Origin: Akkermansiaceae bacterium
Lineage (GTDB): Bacteria; Verrucomicrobiota; Verrucomicrobiia; Verrucomicrobiales; Akkermansiaceae
Direction: 5' to 3'
Length of the DNA: 64,000 bases
Assembly: GCA_051251915.1 (NCBI GenBank)
Contig: JBPOGF010000002.1
Span: forward strand, 160,001-224,000
In this document: one piece after another, positions 10,207-18,398 of the stretch
Position numbering within the stretch: the first letter of the stretch is position 1
How the letters are laid out: every line of letters begins with the position of its first letter
Notes under the pieces: generated by a model
Seen by the model: only the letters and a program-made list of their open reading frames with translations
The model's database searches: none
What the model was told of the DNA's origin: nothing
Translations under genes and position numbers: made by a program

Positions 10207-10300
10207 GGTGATCGGTTAGCAGTGATCGGTGATCAGTGGCAGGGTTGATGAAACGGCATGTCTTGCTTGGGCTGTGTGCTTGGGTTATGAAACGGCTTGG
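10207..10300 (+). repeat. Intergenic repeat cassette (GTGATC 7-mer block plus ATGAAACGGC units)
   Basis: GGTGATCGGTTAGCAGTGATCGGTGATCAGTG; ATGAAACGGC twice, as near 3908. Confidence 0.75.
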
Positions 10301-11095
10301 TTATTGGTTATTCCAGGCTGTGAGTTCTGTTAGGGTCATTCCTGTGCCTCCGAAGATGTCTAGGGCGCTGCCTACGGTGATGTCTACGTTTCCTAGGGAG
10401 TGCTGGTGGGTGAGGTGGATGTCTGCGATGGTGGTGGCTCCGCCGGCGTAGGTGATGGGGAGTTTTGATTGGGCGGCCCATTGGCCTAGGAGCTGGACGA
10501 GTTGTTGGTCGATGCCTTTGCAGAGGCCTTCTACGTCTGCGGCGTGGACGAGGAGTTCGTCACAGTGCTGGGCGATGTGGTCTAGGTTTTCTGGGGTGAT
10601 GTGGAGGTTTGTGAGGGTTTGCCAGCGGTTCATGGCGACGGTCCAGCTGGTGGTGTCTGGAGTGTCTTTGGTGCGGCGGCAGGAGAGGTCGATGACGAGG
10701 TTTTCTTTGCCGATTTCTGAGGCTAGCTGGGTGAGGCGTTCTGGTAGGAAGGTGCCGTCTGGGGCGAAGAGGTATGAGGTGACGATGATGTGGGAGGCGC
10801 CTGCGGTGAGCCATTCTGCGGCATTTTCTAGGGTGATGCCGCCGCCGATCTGCATGCCGTTTGGCCATGCGGCTAGGGCGCTGAGTGCGGCTTGTTTGTT
10901 GCCTGGGGTTTGGCCGAGCTGGATGATGTGTCCACCGGTGAGGTTGTGTTGGCGGTAGAGGTCTGCGAATGATGCTGGGGTTTTATCTGAGACGAAGTTT
11001 TCTTTGATGGTGTCTTCGTTGTCGGTGAGTGTGCCGCCGACGATTTGTTTTACTTTTCCGTCGTGGAGGTCGATGCAGGGTCTGAATTTTGTCAT
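10301..11095 (-). CDS. hisA: ProFAR isomerase, eukaryotic HIS6-type HisA
   Basis: FRPCIDLHDGKVKQIVGG, LVIDLSCR, VAMNRWQ, LVHAADVEGLC, TVGSALDIFGG. Confidence 0.92.
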   Translation of the reverse strand: MTKFRPCIDLHDGKVKQIVGGTLTDNEDTIKENFVSDKTPASFADLYRQHNLTGGHIIQLGQTPGNKQAALSALAAWPNGMQIGGGITLENAAEWLTAGASHIIVTSYLFAPDGTFLPERLTQLASEIGKENLVIDLSCRRTKDTPDTTSWTVAMNRWQTLTNLHITPENLDHIAQHCDELLVHAADVEGLCKGIDQQLVQLLGQWAAQSKLPITYAGGATTIADIHLTHQHSLGNVDITVGSALDIFGGTGMTLTELTAWNNQ

Positions 11096-11139
11096 GTGTG
11101 TGGCTTGCTTTGTTGTGATGTGAGGTTACAGTGTGCGTG

Positions 11140-12627
11140 ATGAGAAGCAAGTTGAAGATTTTGGCTCTGATTGGAGCGACAGGGGCGGTGGCTGTTACGG
11201 CTAGTTGTAAGGATGCTAAGGTGGTGGAGTTGCCGCCTGAGGAGAGCGAAGTGGGTAAGGTGGAGTCTGTGAAGGCGAAGGCTGAGAGGGAGGCTAAGGA
11301 GGAGCAGGAGAAGCTGCGTGCTAAGCTTCAGGAGGAGGTACAGAATCTGGATAATTATACGAAAGAGGGGCTGGAGAAGGATAAGGAGATGGATCCGTTT
11401 ATTAAGGATGCATTGCTGATGGCGATGGATCAGAAGGAGGCGCGTAAGAAGCAGAAGGAGGAGGAGATGAAGGAGCTGATGGAGCGCGAGAAGGGGGCTG
11501 GTGAGCTGCTGGATGTGATCGAGGTTGAGAAGAAGAATTTGGCTGCGGCTGATGCGGAATTTGCTATGATAGCGGATGAGCAGCATGAGCGTGAGGAGAG
11601 TGAGAGGGCTGAGAAGAATGCGAGTGCTCCGAGTGGGATGGTATGGGTGCCTGGGGGTAAGTTTTTACGTGGGAGTAGGGATCTGAATGCTAAGCATAGG
11701 CAGCAGTATGGTGAGGAGTATCCGGCGCATTTGGCTGAGGTTGATGGATTTTATATGGATGCTACTGAGGTGACGAATGCTCAGTTTGCGGAGTTTGTGG
11801 CGGCTACGGGTTATAAGACTTTAGCGGAGGAGGGGTTGAGTGCTGAGGAGTTTCCGATGGCTAGACCTGAGGATCTGCAGGGTGGGGCGAATGTGTTTAA
11901 GAAGACGAATGGGAAGATAGATCCGTGGGTTGGGTCGGCTTGGAGGTGGTGGAATTTCACTCCAGGGGCGTCTTGGAAGAGTCCTGAGGGGCCGGGGTCT
12001 GACATTAAGGATAGGATGGATCATCCGGTGACATGTGTGAATTATAATGATGCGATGGCTTATGCAAAGTGGGCTGGTAAGAGGTTGCCAACTGAGGCTG
12101 AGTGGGAGCGTGCTGCGCGTGCTGGGAAGTATGGCGAAACTTATATGTGGGGTGAAGAGATGCAGGTGGATGGGAAGTGGATGGCGAATGTTTATCAGGG
12201 TGAGTTTCCGAGCACTTTGAAGGAGGAGGATGGGTATTTACTTACTTCTCCGGCTAAGAGTTATCCGGCGAATGCGTGGGGGCTGTATGATATGGCGGGG
12301 AATGTGTGGGAGATCTGTAATGATTTCTTCCATCCTGGGTATTATCATATGTTTGTGGAGAACCCGATTAAGAATCCGCAGGGGCCGGCTAGTCCGATTA
12401 CAGATGAGGAGCGGATGGCGTATGATCCGGTGGCGGGGACTTGTCCTGAGCCGCGTGGTGATACGCATGTGTTGACTCATTTGCGTGTGGCTAAGGGTGG
12501 TTCATTTTTGTGTAGTTCACAGTATTGTCTGAGGTTTAGGCCTGCTGCGAGGCATCATCATGAGGTGTTGACTCCTAGTCAGCATACTGGTTTCCGCTGT
12601 GTGAAGGATGTGGATGGAACTAAGTAG
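11140..12627 (+). CDS. Formylglycine-generating enzyme (SUMF1) family lipoprotein
   Basis: Lipobox-like VTASC, charged helical linker, EVTNAQF, RLPTEAEWE, GLYDMAGNVWE, GGSFLCSSQYCLRFRPAAR, HTGFRC. Confidence 0.88.
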   Translation: MRSKLKILALIGATGAVAVTASCKDAKVVELPPEESEVGKVESVKAKAEREAKEEQEKLRAKLQEEVQNLDNYTKEGLEKDKEMDPFIKDALLMAMDQKEARKKQKEEEMKELMEREKGAGELLDVIEVEKKNLAAADAEFAMIADEQHEREESERAEKNASAPSGMVWVPGGKFLRGSRDLNAKHRQQYGEEYPAHLAEVDGFYMDATEVTNAQFAEFVAATGYKTLAEEGLSAEEFPMARPEDLQGGANVFKKTNGKIDPWVGSAWRWWNFTPGASWKSPEGPGSDIKDRMDHPVTCVNYNDAMAYAKWAGKRLPTEAEWERAARAGKYGETYMWGEEMQVDGKWMANVYQGEFPSTLKEEDGYLLTSPAKSYPANAWGLYDMAGNVWEICNDFFHPGYYHMFVENPIKNPQGPASPITDEERMAYDPVAGTCPEPRGDTHVLTHLRVAKGGSFLCSSQYCLRFRPAARHHHEVLTPSQHTGFRCVKDVDGTK

Positions 12628-12639
12628 GGAGGAGTCTGT

Positions 12640-13059
12640 ATGAGTAAAAAGGTGCAAACTATTATTTTGGGGAAGGGTCTGGATGATCTGCCATTTGGCG
12701 CGAGCCAAGGTGAGGTGGAGGCTGTCTTGGGTAAGGCGGAGGAGACTGATGAGCTGGATATGCGTGGGGAGAAGTCTATCGCGTGGCATTATTGGGAGAT
12801 TGGTCTTTCGTTGAATTTTGATGAGGGGCAGGAGTTCAGGTTGAGTTCTATTGATGTGGCTGCGCCAGAGGTGGAGCTTTTTGGTGAGGCTTTGATGGGG
12901 CGGAGTAAGGAGTGCGTAAAGCAGTTTCTGGATGAGCAGGATATAGGTGAGTCTGAAGATGAGGTGCAGCGTGGATTGATCTATCCGGATGCGAATTTGA
13001 GCCTTTGGTTTAATGGTGGGGATCTTGAGGAGATTCAGTGGGGAGTGATTGAAGATTGA
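12640..13059 (+). CDS. Hypothetical acidic protein
   Basis: 139-aa ORF with GGAG upstream, 12 nt after the FGE stop, + strand codon bias. Confidence 0.7.
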   Translation: MSKKVQTIILGKGLDDLPFGASQGEVEAVLGKAEETDELDMRGEKSIAWHYWEIGLSLNFDEGQEFRLSSIDVAAPEVELFGEALMGRSKECVKQFLDEQDIGESEDEVQRGLIYPDANLSLWFNGGDLEEIQWGVIED

Positions 13060-13169
13060 TTGATTTTTTATAATCAAGGTTCTGTGGAGCTGTTATATTC
13101 GGCTTAAATCGATTTTTTATATAAAATACTATTTTTTTCATAGACAGATTTTTGGATGTGATGCATATT

Positions 13170-13250
13170 GAAGTTGCCACCTTGAGGCAACAAAGCAAAA
13201 CGACACACACACTTTGGCGGGGGACTTTGGTTCTCCGCCAAAAGTGTTTC
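13170..13250 (+). ncRNA. Candidate small RNA (or long terminator region)
   Basis: TAGACA-N17-CATATT at 13141-13169; hairpin GTTGCC/GGCAAC; A/C-rich linker; 13-bp hairpin TTTGGCGGGGGAC/GTTCTCCGCCAAA then GTGTTTC. Confidence 0.35.
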
Positions 13251-13322
13251 TGGGGTTAGGGGTGTTCTTGGGGGAGAAAAAGTATTGCGTTGCACTGGTT
13301 AGTTGCTGTTAGATAGTCATCA

Positions 13323-13757
13323 ATGAAAAAAGTGGTGATAGGACGTGATGAGATGATTAGATTTCCAGAGTTAGGAAATGGAGAAATGGAGGCGGTGGAT
13401 GGCCGTGTGGATACGGGGGCGAGGACTTCATCGATGCACGCTGCCAATATGGAGTTGTTCGAGAAGGATGATGAGCGCTGGGTGAGATTTGATTTTGAGG
13501 AGCATATTGGGCTGGAGGCTCGGCTCTGGAAGGAGAAGTATGTGCGCAGTTCAAATGGTAAAAAGCAGAGTAGGTATTTTATCAAGACGCATGTGAAATT
13601 TGCAAATGGTAAGAAATACCCAATTACTCTGAGTCTGACTGATAGGTCAAAGATGAAGTTTCCGGTGTTGCTGGGCAGGAGGTTGCTTGCGGGTAGATTC
13701 ATCGTGGATGTAGGTAGGATATTTGTGCTTGGTAAGCATCAGAGAAAGAGATCTTAA
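13323..13757 (+). CDS. RimK-associated putative aspartic-type protease ('ATP-dependent zinc protease' family)
   Basis: RVDTGARTSSMHA, VRSSNG, LSLTDRSKMKFPVLLGR. Confidence 0.85.
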   Translation: MKKVVIGRDEMIRFPELGNGEMEAVDGRVDTGARTSSMHAANMELFEKDDERWVRFDFEEHIGLEARLWKEKYVRSSNGKKQSRYFIKTHVKFANGKKYPITLSLTDRSKMKFPVLLGRRLLAGRFIVDVGRIFVLGKHQRKRS

Positions 13758-13812
13758 ATGAGACTTAAATGAGCCTTGACGATGGCTAGGAGCTCGGCTT
13801 GACTGCTTTATT

Positions 13813-15063
13813 ATGAAAATTTTAGTAGTAGGAAAAGGAGGGCGTGAGCACGCATTGATCACGGCGATGTGTGAGTCAGCGACTGAAACCGAGATATATA
13901 GTTTTCCAGGAAGTGATGCTATTTCTGAGCTTGCTGAGGTGGTGAATGTGGATGGTCTGGAGTCACTGATCAGCTGGATGAAGGAGAATGAGATAGATCT
14001 TTGTGTGGCAGGTGAAGAGAGTTATTTGGTGACTGGTGAGGGGCTTGCTAATCTTTGTGAGCAGGAGGGGATTCCTTGCTGGGGGCCGCATAAGCAGTCT
14101 GCTCAATTGGAGGCATCAAAGGAGTTCGCTAAGGAATTTATGCAGCGTCATGACATCCCTACGGGTGGTGCGACGGGCTGTGCTGATGCTGATGAGGCGA
14201 GAGCGGCTATTGATGGGGTTTATCCTACGGTGTTGAAGTTTGATGGGTTGGCAGCTGGTAAAGGTGTGGCTGTGTGTGCGGATGAGGCTTCTGCTGAGGA
14301 ATTTCTGCAAGAGGTGATGGTGGAGCGCAAATTTGGCGAAGGCAGGTTACTTGTAGAAGAGTGCTTGGTGGGGCCAGAGGTAAGTATTTTTGCGGCGGTT
14401 GTGGATGGTGAGTATTTGATATTCACTCCTGCGAGAGATTATAAGCGTGCACTGGATAGTGATGAGGGGCCTAACACTGGGGGTATGGGGGCTGTGGCTT
14501 CACGTCAGTTGATCGATTCTGAGTTGCTTGCTACGATTGAGGAGACAATTGTTAAGCCTACTGTGAATGGGTTGGTTAAGGATGGGCTTCCGTATCGTGG
14601 GTTTATTTATTTTGGACTAATGATTACTGCTGAAGGGCCAAAAATTATTGAGTATAATTGTCGTTTTGGCGATCCTGAGTGTCAGGCGGTGATGCCGCTA
14701 GTTGGTGGTGATTTGGCTGCATTTTGTTTTGATGGAGCTAAGGGTAAGCTTTCTCCTGAACTATTAAGTTTTAGCGATGGATGGTCTGTCTGTCTAGTGC
14801 GTGCGTCTGCTGGTTATCCAGATAGTTCACGTAGTGGGGATGAAATCTCAGGGATTGAAGATGTAGTGAATGGTAAAGTCTATCATGCGGGAACGAAGAA
14901 AAATGCTGCCGGTAATTGGGAAACCAATGGAGGTAGGGTTCTAGCAGTGGTTTCTGGTGGAAGCACTCGCGGAGAAGCTGTTAAAGCTGCTTATGCTGAA
15001 TTAGATCATGTGAGATTTGACGGAATGCAGAGTAGGTCTGATATCGGGGTGTATAACTTTTAA
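13813..15063 (+). CDS. purD: Phosphoribosylamine--glycine ligase
   Basis: GKGGREHA, LEASKEFAK, KFDGLAAGKGV, GPNTGGMGA, EYNCRFGDPECQ. Confidence 0.97.
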   Translation: MKILVVGKGGREHALITAMCESATETEIYSFPGSDAISELAEVVNVDGLESLISWMKENEIDLCVAGEESYLVTGEGLANLCEQEGIPCWGPHKQSAQLEASKEFAKEFMQRHDIPTGGATGCADADEARAAIDGVYPTVLKFDGLAAGKGVAVCADEASAEEFLQEVMVERKFGEGRLLVEECLVGPEVSIFAAVVDGEYLIFTPARDYKRALDSDEGPNTGGMGAVASRQLIDSELLATIEETIVKPTVNGLVKDGLPYRGFIYFGLMITAEGPKIIEYNCRFGDPECQAVMPLVGGDLAAFCFDGAKGKLSPELLSFSDGWSVCLVRASAGYPDSSRSGDEISGIEDVVNGKVYHAGTKKNAAGNWETNGGRVLAVVSGGSTRGEAVKAAYAELDHVRFDGMQSRSDIGVYNF

Positions 15064-15238
15064 GTGTATCAGGGAGTTTGGTGCTGCCTTTTATCATTAA
15101 AAATAATACCTTTTTGATGAGATATGGAAATTTTAACTTGCAGTGAGGCGGAGAATCTATAATTGAACTACTGCTAGTAGAATTTTATATGATCAATAAG
15201 TTAGCTTAAACCCAACATTTAACACAATTCACCATATT

Positions 15239-16360
15239 ATGGCCGCAAAGAAAAAAACAGCCAAGAAGTCAGCAAAAAAAGCACTCACTAAAAAGAAGGC
15301 AGTGAAGAAAGTGGCTAAAAAAATTGCTAAGAAATCTCCCAAAAAAGTAGCTAAAAAGTCCACCAAGAAGACGGTGAGGAAAGTAGTGAAGAAGGCGGCA
15401 AAGAAAAAAGTAGCGAAAAAGAAGGTTGTTAAAAAGGTTGGTAAGAAAACTGCTAAGAAGAAGTCAGTCAAGAAGGCTGTTAAAAAAGCGAAGAAGGCTG
15501 CGAAGAAGACCGCGCCTAAGAAGGTGGCTAAAAAAGCATCTAAGAAGGCGGTAAAGAAGGCCGCACCTAAGAAAGCGGTGAAGAAGAAAGCTGTTAAAAA
15601 AGCTACTAAGAAAGCGGCTCCTAAGAAGGTGGCCAAAAAGGTCACCAAGAAGGCGGTAAAGAAGGCAACCACTAAGAAAGCAGTGAAGAAGAAAGCTGTA
15701 AAAACAACTCCTAAGAAAGCTACACCTAAAAAGGTAGCGAAGAAAGTCTCTAAGAAGACTGTAAAGAAGACTGTAAAGAAGGCAGCGCCAAAGAATGCGT
15801 CTCCCAAAAAAGCGATGAAAAAAGAAACATCTACTACTGCGAAAAAGCCAGTCAAAACAATTGAGCTCAAGTCTACAGGGGCTCCTAAGAAATCTGCTAA
15901 GAATCTTAAGAAGAAGCCAATCAAGGCTAGGAAGCTCACAGCATTCGATAAGAAGCAGTATAAGCGCCTACTTGATCTGAAGGATGAGCTGATTGATACC
16001 ACTGTGGGGCACACCAAGGACACTTTGAAGACCGTTGGAGACGGGAGTGATCTCTCTGGCTCTGGGCAGCACACTGCGGATGCAGGGAGTGATGCGTATG
16101 ATAGAGATCTAGCACTGAATCTCCTTTCTAAAGAACAAGACGCTCTCTATGAAATCCAGGATGCCATTAAACGCCTTGAAAAAGGAGTGTATGGATACTG
16201 TGAGATCTCTGGGGAGAAGATAGTGAAAGAACGTCTAGAAGCCATTCCGTTTTGCCGCCTCACCGTTCAGGTGCAGGAGCGATGGGAAGAAAAACATGGT
16301 AAACTCAGATACCGCCGTAGTGATGAACCTGGTTACACTGGGGCCACATTAGACTACTAA
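15239..16360 (+). CDS. dksA: DksA/TraR-family factor with long histone-H1-like Lys/Ala-rich N-terminal extension
   Basis: About 230 aa of KKA/KKV repeats, then QHTADAGSDAYDRD...AIKRLEKGVYGYCEISGEKI..ERLEAIP. Confidence 0.85.
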   Translation: MAAKKKTAKKSAKKALTKKKAVKKVAKKIAKKSPKKVAKKSTKKTVRKVVKKAAKKKVAKKKVVKKVGKKTAKKKSVKKAVKKAKKAAKKTAPKKVAKKASKKAVKKAAPKKAVKKKAVKKATKKAAPKKVAKKVTKKAVKKATTKKAVKKKAVKTTPKKATPKKVAKKVSKKTVKKTVKKAAPKNASPKKAMKKETSTTAKKPVKTIELKSTGAPKKSAKNLKKKPIKARKLTAFDKKQYKRLLDLKDELIDTTVGHTKDTLKTVGDGSDLSGSGQHTADAGSDAYDRDLALNLLSKEQDALYEIQDAIKRLEKGVYGYCEISGEKIVKERLEAIPFCRLTVQVQERWEEKHGKLRYRRSDEPGYTGATLDY

Positions 16361-16438
16361 AATAGCTTTAAAACTAGTAATCCCTCCATTAATTAACAAA
16401 TACTAAGTAAAAAAAATAACGTAAAGTGTCGGTTTCGC

Positions 16439-16466
16439 TTGACCTAATCTCAGATTTAGGTAGTTT
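16439..16466 (+). promoter_or_regulatory. Sigma70-like promoter of rpmG-rpsR
   Basis: TTGACC-N16-TAGTTT followed by GC-rich discriminator GCGCCTCCC. Confidence 0.55.
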
Positions 16467-16495
16467 GCGCCTCCCGATTTCAACCAATTTAAATC

Positions 16496-16669
16496 ATGCC
16501 ACGCGACATCATCATACTAGAATGCACAGAAGCTAGAGGCGAAGGAAAATCTCCTTCCCGCTACACAACTACACGTAACAAGAAAAGTCTCAACACACCG
16601 GGACGTCTTGAAAAAAAGAAATATAATCCTGCTCTCAGACGCCGCACGCTTCACCGTGAGCTCCGATAA
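16496..16669 (+). CDS. rpmG: 50S ribosomal protein L33
   Basis: Not in the ORF track (57 aa): [57 protein letters not shown]. Confidence 0.95.
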   Translation: MPRDIIILECTEARGEGKSPSRYTTTRNKKSLNTPGRLEKKKYNPALRRRTLHRELR

Positions 16670-16697
16670 TCCATTTCAAAACTAACTTATAAACTTT

Positions 16698-16940
16698 ATG
16701 TCTGAACCAAAGACCATCGAACGCCGTATTGCTTTCCGTAAAGCAAACCGCTGCATGACCAAGAAACGCCTTGATCTACCTGCAGAACTTATTGAATACA
16801 AGAACACTGATATTCTAAGCAAATTTACTACCGAGACTGGTAAGATCCTTCCACGTCGAGTGACTGGAGTATCTGCTAAGCTTCACCGTAAGATCACTCG
16901 TGAGATCAAGCGAGCTCGTTCTTGCAACCTTCTACCATAA
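16698..16940 (+). CDS. rpsR: 30S ribosomal protein S18
   Basis: [26 protein letters not shown]...IKRAR. Confidence 0.96.
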   Translation: MSEPKTIERRIAFRKANRCMTKKRLDLPAELIEYKNTDILSKFTTETGKILPRRVTGVSAKLHRKITREIKRARSCNLLP

Positions 16941-17004
16941 TCCTACATGCTGTAGGAATGGTGAGCTGATCTCGCTATCATTTTAAGCATGATTTTCTAA
17001 ATCA

Positions 17005-17048
17005 AAACGAGCTTGTCTAGTAAATTTAGGCAGGCTCATTTCGTTTTT
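17005..17048 (+). terminator. Probable terminator after rpsR
   Basis: GAGCTTGTCTAG-TAAAT-TTAGGCAGGCTC stem (with G.U pairs) followed by ATTTCGTTTTT. Confidence 0.55.
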
Positions 17049-17120
17049 AAATTTCTAAGATTTCAGTAATCACTACGACTATTCTATAATTACCTTCAAT
17101 CACAGCCACCGCTTTAGAAA

Positions 17121-17936
17121 ATGCCAGCGCAGATCAATCAAAATCAGAAGCTCCAAGAGCTAAAAGACACTCAGAACGAGCGAGATGATCGTAACATAGC
17201 GATTGATCGTGTGGGTGTGAAGGCGCTCAGATTTCCTGTTGAGGTTAGAGAGAAGCAGGGTGGGTCACAGAGGACGGTGGCTACTACTTCGCTAGCGGTG
17301 CATCTTCCTGAGCATTTCAAGGGGACTCATATGAGTCGTTTTGTGGAGGTGTTAAACTCTCACGGAAATTGTCTTGATGTTCGAGAGATGAAGAAGGTTC
17401 CTGAGGAGTTGTTAGGAAGACTCGATGCGTCTCGTGCGCATGTTGAATTTCAGTTTCCATTTTTCCGCACTAAGGCTGCGCCTGTTACAGGTAAAGGTGG
17501 GGTGTTGGACTATGAGGTGAAATTTGAGGTCGATGCTAGCAGTGATGGGACGACTGATTTTATCTGCACTGTGATGGTGCCGGTGGCGACTCTTTGCCCG
17601 TGTTCTAAGGCGATCAGTGAGTATGGAGCGCATAATCAGCGTGGATTAGTTACTTTTGCAGTTAGAGCGAAGCGCCCGATCTGGGTTGAGGATTTGATCG
17701 ACTTGGTGGAATCATCTGCGAGTTGCGAGCTGTATAGCTTGCTGAAACGTCCGGATGAGAAGTTTGTGACTGAGCGAGCTTATGATAATCCTGTTTTTGT
17801 GGAAGATCTGGTTCGTAATGTGGCATCGAAGGCTAATGCTCAGGACAATATCACGTGGTATCGAGTGGAGGCTGAGAACTTTGAGTCGATTCACAATCAT
17901 AATGCGTATGCGATGATTGAGCATACAGCTGAGTAG
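17121..17936 (+). CDS. folE2: GTP cyclohydrolase I type IB
   Basis: KGTHMSRF, TLCPCSK, GAHNQR, LKRPDEK, NPVFVEDLVR, NFESIHNHNAYA. Confidence 0.96.
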   Translation: MPAQINQNQKLQELKDTQNERDDRNIAIDRVGVKALRFPVEVREKQGGSQRTVATTSLAVHLPEHFKGTHMSRFVEVLNSHGNCLDVREMKKVPEELLGRLDASRAHVEFQFPFFRTKAAPVTGKGGVLDYEVKFEVDASSDGTTDFICTVMVPVATLCPCSKAISEYGAHNQRGLVTFAVRAKRPIWVEDLIDLVESSASCELYSLLKRPDEKFVTERAYDNPVFVEDLVRNVASKANAQDNITWYRVEAENFESIHNHNAYAMIEHTAE

Positions 17937-18032
17937 GTTGTTGAAGTTTTTGAGTTCATGTGGGCTTAATTTGCCGTGATCGGCATTCTAAAAGTGTGCG
18001 CGGGGCTCTTATTGTTGTTTTTATGGATGCTT

Positions 18033-18198
18033 GTTTAGGCCCATTTCCAAAAGTCTGTTCGCCTATCTTTAGATAAGAATTTCCAATCTCTGCGTTACTT
18101 TTTGACTGAGATGCTCACATCACAGTCTCATCGCGCCTTGATCTAGGAAATTCTTCTGCTGAATCTAACCGACCGAACTTTTGGAAAAGGGTCTAAAC
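18033..18198. mobile_element. MITE-like non-autonomous element, 166 bp
   Basis: 22-bp terminal inverted repeats GTTTAGGCCCATTTCCAAAAGT / ACTTTTGGAAAAGGGTCTAAAC (2 mismatches); internal IR AAGAATTTCC/GGAAATTCTT; second copy at 60879. Confidence 0.7.
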
Positions 18199-18398
18199 TG
18201 TGCTTTGGTGTGGTTTAAATTGGGTCAATAAAGGGATTAGGTTAGAGTTGTGATTTTCGAGTAAATTCTTGTATCCGAAAATAATTCGGTTGAGAGTTAT
18301 GACAATTGTTAGTTTAGGTCTCTCAACTTTTAAAAGGTCTCAGTGTGTCTTTGAAGTGATGGATTTTTGACTTTACTCAACTTACTCATATTACAATC

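Noticed and set aside
15229..16074. 281-aa Phe/Leu/Ala-rich - strand ORF resembling a membrane protein
   Set aside because: Reverse complement of the Lys/Ala repeats of dksA
18289..18330. Riboswitch or attenuator upstream of the GH95 gene (GTTGAGAG/CTCTCAAC stem plus TTTT)
   Set aside because: Only an 8-bp stem and no recognisable aptamer consensus
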